NCBI GenBank assembly: GCA_009914755.4
Contig: CP068257.2
Location: 25,984,001-26,048,000, forward strand
Length of the DNA stretch: 64,000 nucleotides
Reading direction: 5' to 3'
From: the human T2T-CHM13v2.0 reference genome, Homo sapiens
Position numbers and translations under genes: made by a program. This document shows positions 1 through 13,259 of the stretch, one piece after another; the stretch's first letter is position 1, and every line of letters starts with the position of its first letter. Under the pieces are notes generated by a model. That model worked only from the letters and a program-made list of their open reading frames with translations, was not told the origin of the DNA and searched no databases.

Positions 1-127
1 TGTATTTTTTGTAGAGACGGGGTTTCACCGTGTTAGCCAGGATGGTCTCGATCCCCTGACCTCGTGATCCGCCTGCCTCGGCTTCCCAAAATGCTGGGAT
101 TACAGGTGTGAGCCACCGCGCCCAGCC
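1..127 (-). mobile_element. Alu SINE, minus orientation, cut by the window start
   Basis: Bases 1-127 are the reverse complement of the Alu left arm (…gcctcccaaaatgctgggattacaggtgtgagccaccgcgcccagcc). The Alu 5' end lies at 127; the remainder of the element is off-window. Confidence 0.9.
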
Positions 128-1406
128 AGAAGGAATAACTTTTGTCCTGGAGCACCACACACCACCATGAAGGAGGTGAGGAGGGTGACTAAGACAGCTG
201 TAGCTAATTAGGGACAACCATATAGAGAAGTACTTGTGAAAAGATGCATGAATTAGACTTAGCTACACAGAGGAACAGAGAGAGGATCGCAAGAAATTGG
301 ATATGTATATGTGTGATTCAAAGAACTACAGAAAGTTAGAAAGGAAAAATGTTTAACTTAAATGAGGTAAGATACAGGCCAGATCACAAAAAGCACTGGA
401 TCCTATGAAAGGTGTTTGGGTTTTAATTACTAAGAATTTCAAACTGAGCCTAGAAATAATAGATTTTTTTCATGTTAGAATAGTCTGTCTTTATTACTAT
501 GAATGGGAGATTGGCTTAGCAGGAACAGAGAATGAAATGCTAAGGGCCTGAAGGAAGGAGATCAAGACAAAGAGGCAATAAGAAAGATCTAGGCTAAGAA
601 GCTAAACACAAGGTGAAGGGTGGGAATGCTTATGGGAGTACAAAATATTTCTAGGAGGAAGTTGTTTTAATGTGGGGGAAGAGGAAGAAGTTCAGAAACA
701 TGTCAAGGTATGTTGAGCTATGAGAAAACCACTTGAAGGAAATGCAAGAAGGGCAGGGTTTTCTTAATTCTCTTTTTTATTTTTCCTTTTGGTTTTATGC
801 ATTGGCTCAAGTGGGAAAAGTCCCAGGACTCTGGGTATTTCCACTTCCTACCCACACTCCTAGTTCCACTTTCACGGACTCTCTAAAAATCTAAAGAATT
901 AATCCCATCATGCTCTACTTTTCTATTTACATCCTTGCCACCAGCTCAAGTTTCCCAGATTCCTCTTTGCCTGGAATCTTAACCCTTACACGTGGATATG
1001 GATCTCTGAAATTCTAAACCACACTGGGCCCTTCAGATGTCCAACCTAAGCAAAATCTTCTACTTCCTCAAGCGTTCATCAAACATGCCCTTTACCGTCT
1101 TGTTCTAATTGAAATCTTTCTCATTTCTGTGGAAATGCTTTTTAACATTTGTTATTTTTTTCTCTCATAGTCTTTATAAGACTGGACATAGAGGTAGAGT
1201 AAGTTCCCTATTGTCTCTTGATATCATTTTACACCCGTTTGTTGCTCCCTTCTTTTTTCCAAAACTCCCAACTTTGAAACTCATACCCTTAGTCTATGCT
1301 ACCTATTACAACCCCTTGCTGTAATTGTTTACAGCTTTGGGCTCACATCGAACCCTCATTCCATGATGATTTCTCTACCTGCTTTATCTTCCAGCTTTTC
1401 AACATG

Positions 1407-3320
1407 ATAAAGATATATATAGTATATATATACATACACATATATATATCTTTGATAAAGATATATATACACACATATATCTTTGATAAAGATACATATA
1501 CACATATATCTTTGATAAATATATACACACATATATCTGATAAAGCTAGATATATACACATGTATATCTTTGATAAAGAGATATATACACACGTAAATCT
1601 TTGATAAAGATATATATACGCATATATATTTGATAAAGATATATATACGCATATACATCTTTGATAAAGACATATGTAGGCATATACGTCTTAGATAAAG
1701 ACATATATGTAGGCATATACGTCTTAGATAAAGACATATATGTAGGCATATACGTCTTAGATAAAGACATATATGTAGGCATATACGTCTTAGATAAAGA
1801 CATATATGTAGGCATATACGTCTTAAAGATATATATGTAGGCATATACGTCTTAAAGATATATATGTAGGCATATACGTCTTAAAGATATATATGTAGGC
1901 ATATACGTCTTAAAGATATATATGTAGGCATATACGTCTTAAAGATATATATGTAGGCATATACGTCTTAGATAAAGATATATATGTAGGCATATACGTC
2001 TTAGATAAAGATATATATGTAGGCATATACGTCTTAAAGATATATATGTAGGCATATACGTCTTAGATAAAGATATATATGTAGGCATATACGTCTTTGA
2101 TAAAGATATATATGTAGGCATATACGTCTTAGATAAAGATATATATGTAGGCATATACGTCTTAGATAAAGATATATATGTAGGCATATACGTCTTAGAT
2201 AAAGATATATATGTAGGCATATACGTCTTAGATAAAGATATATATGTAGGCATATACGTCTTAGATAAAGATATATATGTAGGCATATACGTCTTAGATA
2301 AAGATATATATGTAGGAATATACGTCTTTGATAAAGATATATATGTAGGCATATACGTCTTAGATAAAGATATATATGTAGGCATATACGTCTTAAAGAT
2401 ATATATGTAGGCATATACGTCTTAAAGATATATATGTAGGCATATACGTCTTAAAGATATATATGTAGGCATATACGTCTTAAAGATATATATGTAGGCA
2501 TATACGTCTTAGATAAAGATATATATGTGGGCATATACGTCTTAGATAAAGATATATATGTAGGCATATACGTCTTAGATAAAGATATATATGTAGGAAT
2601 ATACGTCTTTGATAAAGATATATATGTAGGCATATACGTCTTTGATAAAGATATATATGTAGGCATATACGTCTTAAAGATATATATGTAGGCATATACG
2701 TCTTAAAGATATATATGTAGGCATATACGTCTTAAAGATATATATGTAGGCATATACGTCTTAAAGATATATATGTAGGCATATACGTCTTAGATAAAGA
2801 TATATATGTAGGCATATACGTCTTAGATAAAGATATATATGTAGGCATATACGTCTTAGATAAAGATATATATGTAGGCATATACGTCTTAGATAAAGAT
2901 ATATATGTAGGCATATACGTCTTTGATAAAGATATATATGTAGGCATATACGTCTTAGATAAAGATATATATGTAGGCATATACGTCTTAGATAAAGATA
3001 TATATGTAGGCATATACGTCTTTGATAAAGATATATATGTAGGCATATACGTCTTTGATAAAGATATATATGTAGGCATATACGTCTTAGATAAAGATAT
3101 ATATGTAGGCATATACGTCTTAGATAAAGATATATATGTAGGCATATACGTCTTAGATAAAGATATATATGTAGGCATATACGTCTTTGATAAAGATATA
3201 TATGTAGGCATATACGTCTTTGATAAAGATATATATGTAGGCATATACGTCTTTGATAAAGATATATATGTAGGCATATATGTCTTTGATAAAGATATAT
3301 ATGTAGGCATATATATCTTT
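1407..3320. repeat. AT-rich minisatellite/VNTR of about 60 tandem units; basic units 33 bp (gtcttagataaagatatatatgtaggcatatac) and a 29-bp variant (cttaaagatatatatgtaggcatatacgt)
   Basis: Directly visible head-to-tail repetition. 1407-1690 holds degenerate ~30-33 bp units (…ctttgataaagatatatatacacacatatat…). 1690-3320 is highly homogeneous. Runs of the 29-bp unit (about 1810-1960, 2390-2500, 2670-2790) alternate with runs of the 33-bp unit, giving higher-order structure. Point variants recur (cttag/ctttg; taggcatatac/taggaatatac). The minus-strand ORFs with MPTYISLSKTY… periodicity are artefacts of this array. Confidence 0.95.
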
Positions 3321-3418
3321 CTAAGTGGCATTCATAGCAAAAAAAGATATATATATCTTTATATATATATATATATATAAAGATATATATATCTTTTTTT
3401 GCTATGAATGCCACTTAG
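3321..3418. repeat. Perfect 98-bp AT-rich palindrome: 40-bp arms around a central (TA)9
   Basis: Left arm 3321-3360 is ctaagtggcattcatagcaaaaaaagatatatatatcttt. Centre 3361-3378 is (ta)9. Right arm 3379-3418 is aaagatatatatatctttttttgctatgaatgccacttag, the exact reverse complement of the left arm. The inner arm sequence (aaagatatatat…) resembles the adjacent minisatellite unit. Confidence 0.95.
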
Positions 3419-3611
3419 AAATTTATTCTATTCTCTGAGACTCTCAGTTCATTGACTTTCTCTTCTATAACCACTTTGTTTTCCACTACAACTCTCATGT
3501 CTTATAATAGGCTTAGAACATTGTTTTTTAAACTAGGGAATTAAAAAGAAACAGTATAAAATATTTCCTGAAGGAACATAACGTCTAATAATGAATTATG
3601 CCAATGGATAA

Positions 3612-4917
3612 TTGGACAGATCAAGATGGATCAAAGACTTAACTCTAAGATATAATAGCATAAAAATTATAGAAGACAATATTAGAGAAACCCTTCTAAA
3701 CATTGGCTTAGGCAAAGACTTTATGATCAAGAACCCAAAAGCAAATGTAACAAAAATAAAGATAAATAGATGGGACTTAATTAAACTAAAAGGTTTCCAC
3801 ACAGCAAAACAAATAATCAGCAGAGTTAACAGGCAACCCACAAAGTGGGAGAAAATCTTCACAATCTATACATCTGACAAAGGATTAATATCCAGAATCT
3901 ACAAAGAACTCACACAAATCAGCAAGAAGGAAACAAACAATTCCATCAAAAAGTAGGCTAAGGACATGAATAGACAATTCTCAAATGAAGATATACAAAT
4001 GGCCAATGAGCCTATGGAAAAAAGCTCAACATCACTAATTATCAAGGAAATGTAAATCAAAACCACAATACAATACCACCTTACTCCTGCAAGAATGGCC
4101 ATAATCAAAAAATAATTAAAAAATAGATGCTGTCGTGGATATGATGAAAAGGGAACAATTTTACACTGTTGGTGGGAATGTAAACTAGTACAATCACTAT
4201 GGAAAACAGTGTGGAGATTCCTCAAAGAACTAAAAGTAGATCCACCATTTGATCCAGAAATCACACTACTAGGTATCTACCCAGCAGAAAGGAAGTCATT
4301 ATACAAAAAAGATAATTGTACAGGAATGTTTAGAGCAGAACAATTTGCAATTGCAAAAATATAGGATCAGCTCAAATGCCCATCAATGAACAAGTGGATA
4401 AAGAAAAGTGGATAAAGAAATGTGTGTGTCTGTGTGTATGTGTGTATATATATACGCACACATACACACACACATTTCTTTATACATATATATATATATA
4501 TACACACACATACACATACACACACATACACACACACACACACCATGGAATACTACTCAGTCATGCAAAAGAACAGAATAATGGCATTCAGAAAAACCTG
4601 GATGGAATTGGAGACTATTATTCTAAGTGATGTAACTCAGGGGGATGGAAAATCAAACATCATATCTTCTCACTCAAAAGTGGGAGCTAAGCTATGAGGA
4701 TGCAAAAGCATAAGAATGATACATTGAACTCTGTGGACTCGGGGGAAAGGGTGGGAGGGGTATGAGTGATAAAAGACTACACATTGGGTACAGTGTACAC
4801 TGCTCCAGTGATGGGTGCACCAAAAGCTCAGAAGTCACCACTAAATAACTTATTCATGTAACCAAACACCACCTGCTCCATAAAAAGTTATCAAAATAAA
4901 ACATAAATTAAAATAAG
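3612..4917 (+). mobile_element. L1 LINE 3' portion (ORF2 C-terminal region plus 3' UTR), older L1P/L1M-like, plus strand
   Basis: The ORF 3612-3956 translates to …WIKDL…GKDFM.KNPKA…KI..WDLIKLK.F.TAK…[11 protein letters not shown]…[13 protein letters not shown]…, matching the L1 ORF2 C-terminus. Downstream are the motifs [10 protein letters not shown]…IPFDPAIPLLGIYP and an L1 3' UTR ending in an A-rich tail near 4917. Confidence 0.85.
4418..4547. repeat. Compound (TG/CA)n and (TA)n microsatellite inside the L1 fragment
   Basis: The tract gtgtgtgtctgtgtgtatgtgtgtatatatatac…acacacacacacacacc sits exactly where L1 normally has aaatgtggtatatatacacaatggaatactac, so the short L1 motif appears to have been expanded. 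Confidence 0.85.
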
Positions 4918-5235
4918 CCAGTACCAGCCACTGCAAAAACATACCAAATTGTAAAGACCATCAACACTATAAAGAAACTGCATCAATTAATGGGCAAAAT
5001 CACCAGCTAGCAGCATAATGACAGGATCAAATTCACACATAGCAATATTAACCTTAAATGTAAATGGGCTAAATGGGCTAAATGTCCCAATTAAAAGACA
5101 CAGACTGGCAAATTGGATAAAGAGTCAAGACTCGTTGGTGTGCTGTATTCAGGAGACCCATCCCATGTGCAAAGACACACATAGGCTCAAAATAAAGGGA
5201 TGGAGGATTATTTACCAAGCAAATGAAATGATAAA
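4918..5235 (+). mobile_element. L1 LINE internal fragment (ORF1 3' end, inter-ORF spacer, first ~70 codons of ORF2), L1PA-like
   Basis: …ccagccactgcaaaaacataccaaattgtaaagaccatc…atgacaggatcaaattcacacatagcaatattaaccttaaatgtaaatggg… The ORF 5018-5302 begins MTGSNSHIAILTLNVNGLN..IKRHRLANWIKSQD..VCCIQETH..CKDTHRLKIKGW, which is the L1 ORF2 endonuclease N-terminus. The fragment ends abruptly at the Alu junction. Confidence 0.85.
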
Positions 5236-5241
5236 TGCATA

Positions 5242-5669
<428 letters not shown>

Positions 5670-8244
5670 TTAAGGCAGGTTTAGAGAAACAATTGGGGCA
5701 GAAGCCAAGTTACAATACATGAAAGACTCAATGGGAAGACAGGAGATGAAACCGTGGGCATAGATTGCAGGCGTATTATTCTTGGCTATTAAAGGAAGAA
5801 GTAGGAGATCCACAGAGGGTTAGCTAAAGGTGGGCACAGAGTAAGACATTGAAATTTCATCTGGGAGAGGATATCTAAAGATGCTAAGGAAATTTAATCA
5901 ATAATATGGCAGCATTTGAAGACCTAGGAGGGGATACTTGATAGGATGGGGTTCAGGAACAGATAACGTGTCTAAAAATCGACATCAACAAAAATAGTCA
6001 TTTTATTGCAATTGACCAAATGTTCTTTTATTATCAGTTTTATGAATTTCTTAGTTCTGAGTACTATTAACAGGTCAGTCACTTTCTATGAAGCAAAAAC
6101 AAAGAAAACCTTCTGCAAGCTCCAACCTGATGGCTTTAAACTAAGTAATGTGAAACAAAAGGTATGAACTATATAAAAAAATAGGCTTCTGTACAACCAG
6201 TGATTAACTAGCAAAAGCAGAGGAGGACTCTTTTTTTTTTCCTGCACATTCTCTCCCTGTAGGAAAACTATAAGAGAAGCCAAAATCATATCAAAAGGCT
6301 TGCTCAGTGTAATGATTTGTTCTTGGTAGGAACAATAGTGGTCTTTGGCCTTCCTCCCCATTAGATGCTGTAACTACTGTGACGATATTCTCGTGGAAAG
6401 CTAATTTTAGAACCTACTGAGAATACAACTGCACCCAGGTGGGTTATAGTTACCAGAGTGTATCTGTAAATGTACATAGAATTTAATTAATCCATAAAAA
6501 GACTACTGATATAAAACCGGGGAAAAGCTGGAATGTTTTACTAGCAGGCAATGAATAGTCTCTTGGTAATGAATAAAAATCTTACCTTGCTAATAACCAT
6601 GAGAAAGCTCCTAGGTGTTGAAATGATGTCTCAATAATTAAGTACTAAAGCCATTTTTTTGCACAAAGTAGAAGTAGATGTACAAAGGAGATGAAAGGCA
6701 GGCATCTTCTAAAATTTGCAGGTCCTACACAATAGTACAAGTAGTGTACCACATACCATATATACACATATTTAAAATATTTGTTACTAGTCGTTCCCTA
6801 GGTCGATTAATCTTAACCTTGGCTATACATTTGAATCATGTAAAGAGTGTTTTAAAATGCCTACCCTGAACCTTTCAACTTGCTGAGACTTAGATTTATT
6901 TATTTGATGGAGTAGTTAGTATTTTATTATCAGCTCCCAAGTTGATGCTAATGTGCACCAGGGTAACAAAATTCTTCAAAGAATAATTATAAATACCCTG
7001 GCATGTGGTCTACGACAAGGATGACACTTACCTAACTTAATTCTGTGGAATATGAGAACATTCATGAATCAATCTCTCATTATATTTCTGTTTTTGGCCA
7101 GAGGGTACATTTGGCTGCTTTTAAAATTCAATAAAAAACTGCCTGGGAGGAAGACTGCAAAGCTATGTAGGGAATAAATACATCTCCAAAGATGGAGTTT
7201 TCTGAAACATCAAGACGCACGTGAAAACACCTTGAAACATACATGCAAATTATCTATCTTCTTAACCAATCTTAATGTGATTAGTTTCCTCTAAACTAGA
7301 GATCACAAAGATAAATATTTCTTGGTTCTAAATTTTCCAGGACAATTAAATAATCCACCAAAATAACATGGATATTTTGAATAGATAATTTCCTGTTCAG
7401 TTTAAGTTTACTTATACAAACATGAGGAATCATTTGTAGTTATTATCCAGGATAAGCCTGCAACTATGTAGTAAAGAAAATATTCTGTAGATAATACTTA
7501 CCACAAACATTTTTTAAAATGTAGTAATACATGTGCTTTTTACTTTGAGGGAAACTTGCTGTAGAGTTAGCAAATATATATTCATTGAAGAGAAAGTTCA
7601 ACAATCCTTGTAACAACGTTTTCAATTCCTTCCTTCTTATATAGCTGAGATAACACATTTCTAGAATGACTAAGAAATAGTTTTCTTTTGGTGCTATTTT
7701 TTTCTTAATGTCAGCATTATAAATTTATAGTAAAATGGGATGATTTACTCAAATTAGCAAATAGTTAATTCACAGACATTAAAAGTTCTAAATTTTTTAT
7801 TGAAAGTTTTTAAGAAAAATTACAAAAATGCATTAGTAACCTGTGCAAAAGCATTTGAGTATTTGTTTTTCTTTCATAAGGGACAGAATACTATGTTGAG
7901 CTATTTATTAATACATAACTCATTCTCTTTTTCATAATCATATTTTCTCATACTTGAAAGCTTCTCTAATTCAGAAAGCTAGGACATCCTGCAGTCACTA
8001 ACCTCAGAGAAGGTTTGTTACTTGTTAGAGAAGTACGCATTTCAGTAACACCTTCATTAGGAAAAACTTGGCTTCAAACGAAACATTATTTTCTGAGGTG
8101 GAACACACTTTTTGGCTATTGATAGTCACAGGTTCTTAAAGCACAGTAGTTTTATACATATATACATTTTATACTGGGCTTTATTTTTATATTTGTGTAC
8201 TATTTACTTACTTTGAAAGATATTTTTACTCTTAGATTTACATA

Positions 8245-9178
8245 ATGGAGAGGACACCACTAATCATCAGGCAAATGCAAATCAAAACCACAGTGAGATA
8301 TACTGTCACACCAAACAGGATGGCTATTCTCAAAAAGACAAAAAATAACAAATGCTCATGAGGATGTCGAGAAATGGGAACTCTTATGCATTGTTGGTGG
8401 GAATGTAAACTAGTACAGCCATTATGAAGAACAGCTAAAGATTCCTTTAAAACTACCTATAGGACTACCATATGATCCAGCAATCCCACTACTGGGCATT
8501 TATTCAAAAGAAAGGAAGTCAGTATATTGAAAAGACATTTGTACCTTCGTGTTTATTGCAGCACTATTCACAATAGCCAAAGTATGGAATCTGCCAAGGT
8601 GGCCAGCTTTCAGATACATGGACTTTAAAATGTGGTACATATACACAATGGAATACTATTCAACCATAAAAAATGAACTCTTGTCATTTGCAGCAACATG
8701 GATGAAACTGGAAGAACTCTGGAAGGCATTATGTTAAGTAAAATAAGCGATGTTGTCACTAATGTGTGGAAGCTAAAAAAAATTTAAAAGATGACCTCAT
8801 AGAAGTAAAAATAGAAGAGAGGATATTAGAGGTTAGAAAATGTAGGGGAAAAAGAGATAGAGACAGATTTATTAAAGATTACAAAATTACAGCTAGATAA
8901 GAGGAATAATTTTTAGTGTTCTATAGCACCATAAAATGACTATAGTTAACAATAATATATTCCATAGTTTCAAATAGCTAGAAGGATGATACTTAATGTT
9001 CCCAACACTAAGAAACAATAAATGTTTGAGATGACAGATATGCCAGTTACTGTGATCTGTATATGTGTATATAGTGATCTGTAATGATCACTATACATGG
9101 CACGTATCACAACATGGCTGTGTACTTCATAAATATGTAAGATTACTATATGTTAAATTAAAAATAGATTTAAAAACT
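8245..9178 (+). mobile_element. Old L1 (L1M/L1P-type) 3' end: ORF2 C-terminus plus 3' UTR
   Basis: …caaatgcaaatcaaaaccacagtgagatatac…ttgttggtgggaatgtaaactagtacagccattatgaagaacag…gatccagcaatcccactactgggcatttattcaaaagaaa…atggaatactattcaaccataaaaaatgaa…taagtaaaataagc… This is followed by a divergent L1M-type 3' UTR ending in an A-rich stretch. Confidence 0.8.
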
Positions 9179-9661
9179 GTTTGGATGTTCAAAATGAAAG
9201 AAACACTACAATGCCTTCAGAGGTGGATCTTTCACAGTTCTATTCTCAATACAAATAAAAACTGGGACTTTTTCAGTTAAGAGCACGCAAGGCAACCAAA
9301 GACAAAACAGGATCATGCAAATACATTGAGATACCTGCCACTGTTTAATACACACCAGAATACATAGAAAAGCTCATTGTTAGTCCATATGTTCTTTCTT
9401 GAAGTAAACTGAAATACTATTTGAATTAGCTCAGCAGAAAGAAGAACAAATTTTAATGATAACGAGCTATTTTCCAAAAATGAGACTAAGAAAGCAGTAA
9501 ATAATAATTTACTGCATATCCTATAAATGTGCGCAATTATTATGTACCAATAAAAAAATGTTTGAAAAAGAAAAATAGCAGATTGCTCAAAATTAAGGAA
9601 ACAACATAATGCCTTCAGGGAACGTAATAAGGGGATCTTGTTTCTACAAGGACTCCCTTTA

Positions 9662-9858
9662 GATCAGGGTTTCTCAAACTTGGCACTATTGACATTCTGA
9701 GCTGGATAATTCTTTGCAGCAGGAGGTTGTCCATGTAAGGTTTTCAGCAACGTCTCTGGCATTTATCCACTGGATGCCAGGAACACTTTCATTTAGTTGT
9801 GATAGCCAAAAACTTCCTGAAGGCAAAATTGCCCCTGGTTAAAAACTGCTGCTATAGA
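9662..9858. mobile_element. Ancient non-autonomous DNA-transposon-like (MITE-type) repeat; family not assigned
   Basis: cagggtttctcaaacttggcactattgacattctgagctggataattctttgc…ccactggatgccag…gcaaaattgcccctggttaaaaactgctg resembles a high-copy mammalian repeat whose ends are inverted (…gttctcaac…ggttgagaac…). Assignment is from memory only. Confidence 0.45.
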
Positions 9859-10987
9859 TACACACACAGATTGTCAGGTATTAGATGAATATAGACATTA
9901 GATGCAGATAACTATAGATGGAGACATATACAATATATATATATATGTACTGGTGTAGGTACTACTTGCTTCTCATCATGACTTCATTTTCAAAGTGATA
10001 AATGTGAACATAGAGTCTCACAATTTAAAATTTAGTACCTGGACATAAAATAGTTTTAGACATTTTTCTCATGCCATGTTCAAAAATCTCAGGGACTGAT
10101 TGATTCTTTTTGGTTCACATGCCTCCCTCAGATCAATGAACTTTACTCAGGGTATATGGAGTAATATAAATACAGTAAATCCTAACAAAATACGTAAGGA
10201 TGGTGTCGTGAGAGGAGTAATTAAAAGAAAGAGTCAATGCTGTTCCCCTAAAACAGAAGATTACAAAGAACCTAAATGAAATGGAAGAGGGAATGCTATT
10301 ACACAATTTAATATAGGAGATTTTTCTGAGCAGAAAGCAGACAGAGGTCTTCAATGTGAAAGGGCTTCACCAACCTCCTAAAAAAATTAACAAAAATAAA
10401 TACATAGATTGATGTCTAGCATATCAGTTCAATGTATCAACTAAAAAATCTCAAGAGAAAAGACAGTTTACCTACAACAGAATGAGTATTAATTTATATT
10501 ATTAATCTCATCTACAGTAGCTCAAAATAGAAGAAAATGGAGCTTTAATTTTCTGAGGGGAGTTGTTTTCAACCTATAATTTTATACCTATCAATCAATG
10601 AAAATAACTGGGAAATGAAGGTATTTTAAGAACTCAAAACTTTCAGCTCACTTCATCCAGTTTAAGGATTTAATGGTGAATTTGTTTGTAAAGATAAGCA
10701 GGAAAAAAGAAAACATGAGGAGGGGACAACGGATTCAATGAAGTAGAAAAGCAAAGGGAAGACCCAGAAGGACATTTGTGCTGAGAACCTAAATTGCAAC
10801 AAATCTAGACTAGAACAGGAAATAGCCATAGAGAAAAGCGTCTTTCATGGGATGGTACAAAGAATATTTTAGATATTATTGAAAGTATGACAATGTAATT
10901 GTTTAAGAAAAATAAAGGTCATCACTAACTCTAAAGAAAACAAGCTACAAGAGGATGTGAAGCCTATACAAAGAAAATTAAAAGAAG

Positions 10988-11066
10988 TCATAGTATACAT
11001 ACGTAACTAACCTGCATGTTGTGCACATGTACCCTAAAACTTCAAGTATAATAAAAAAGAAAAAAG
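10988..11066 (+). mobile_element. Short L1 3' UTR terminal fragment (young L1PA-like)
   Basis: atacatacgtaactaacctgcatgttgtgcacatgtaccctaaaacttcaagtataataaaaaag is close to the L1PA/L1HS 3' terminus. Confidence 0.7.
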
Positions 11067-11135
11067 AAGTCATAATGTTGAGCTATTGCTGGAAAATTCA
11101 TAGAAATATATTTCCAAATATTCTCCTTTAACTGA

Positions 11136-11518
<383 letters not shown>

Positions 11519-13259
11519 AACAATAATATTCTTTTTAAAAAAGTCAAATTTTCTCTTTCTGGTTCAGATCGGTTAAATAATAATTTACATATCTTAAGAT
11601 TCACCTTTTTTAGATGTACAGTGCTATGAGGTTGATAAATGTATACAGTTCTGGAACCAATACCACAAATAAGATATGGAATATTCATTTCATCTCAAAA
11701 AATTTGTTCATGTGGATTTGTATGGTTCTCCTCACAATCACTGATCTCGTTTCTGTCCCATTATTTTTTCAGAATGTCATATCAATGCAATGAGACAGTA
11801 GAGAGTCTTTTCTTGTATAGCTTCTTTCACAAGAATACTGTCTTGGGATTTATCCACATAATTAAATCTATCAGAAGTGTGTTTCCTTTTATCACTGATA
11901 AATATTTCATCTTATGGAAATACAAGTATTTTTAGGTATTCATCACTTGATATGTACTTAATTTATTTTCATGTTTTTGGCAATGTATTTATCAGGATCC
12001 CATCAGAAGAGATGGAGTTTCAATAACTGAATAACAGATTTCAGAAAAATTATGAAAAAAAATTATAGACATGTTAATATAAAAAGTATAATTTTAGTGC
12101 ATCGGTTTCTAGTTCAAGGGGTCATAAAATCTCAACCAGATTTTAATAAACTATGATAACAGCCTTCAGATGGAAAGCAGGTCACATAAAAAAAAACTGG
12201 GAATTAGAATGGCATGGTAATTCTCACAGGAAGCACTAACTACAGAGTCTGAGTAAAAATATTTTTCACCCATCCTATACTGATACATCTTAGAAAATAC
12301 AGCATCATAAATGGAATATTGGTAGAAATACGAGCATTAAAGGCATGCCTAGTGAGGGTTCATAAAGAAATGAGGAAAATGCTTATTAGAAAGTGGAGGA
12401 AAAGTAATCGTTATTATGTAGTAGCAGAAAGCTTGGCGGAATTGTGTCCTACAGTTAGTTATGTGGAAAGCAGAACCTATAGGAAATGAACTTTAATATC
12501 TAGCTGAGGGGATTTCCAAGCAATGTGCTGAAGGTAGAGCCTTGTTTCTTCCCATTGCTTACAGTGAAATGTGAGAAAAGAGAGAGATTGACGGAAGCAG
12601 TGTTAGGAAAAAGGGAAACAGGACCTGATGACTTGGGAAATTCTCAGCCAATCCAGATTGCAAAGGCACTAAAATTAGGAGATTCATAATCAAGAAAGCC
12701 TGTTCTGGACAGAAAGCCAAGGTGTGGCTGGACAACCTTTTGCTAGTACTTTGGAAGGATCAAAGGATCAGAGTATTCAATTACACACATGGCCTTTTGA
12801 AAGGATTAGAGCAGTGAATCATGGTTCCCCTCAGCCCTCCAAGCAGAAGCCAGGAATAGAGATGGTATTATAAAAAAAAGATTTGTGGATGAGCCTCTTG
12901 TCTAGTGGAGAGAATCCCTGAAACATACAGGGAATATTTGCAAGATTCTTAAGAATGTTGTGCCAACAGACATACTCAATGTCAGCTTGAACTAAAAGGG
13001 AGACAGAACAAAAGGAGGGAAGGCTATTGAATTCTCCAAATTCTACATGTAGAAAACAAATTGATAAAACTACTCAGCTGCAAACATGTAGAGTCTCTAC
13101 AATAGCAGCAGAGCCAGGAAACACAGAGAATGATTCTCAAGCTTTGAAACCTAATGTTGAATGCAAAAACAGATTTTGAAATTGCTCAGCTCTGGTGATT
13201 CCTTTTGTGAACTGGATATCTATTAGTGTTATCTGATCCCTATCTCACCATAGTATTTT

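Noticed and set aside
1407-3320. A regular repeat array that could superficially be mistaken for a CRISPR array
   Set aside because: The units are contiguous with no unique spacers. The context is primate DNA with Alu/L1. It is a eukaryotic minisatellite.
1356-3414. Long minus-strand ORFs (up to 217 aa) with periodic peptides such as MPTYISLSKTY… and LRRICLHIYLY…
   Set aside because: They are pure translation artefacts of the 29/33-bp tandem array. A 33-bp unit keeps the frame and 29-bp units shift it. There is no start-context, codon-usage or conservation signal.
4376-4697. ORFs with HTHTHT/CVCVCV peptides
   Set aside because: They are a translation of the (TG/CA)n-(TA)n microsatellite, i.e. 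low-complexity artefacts.
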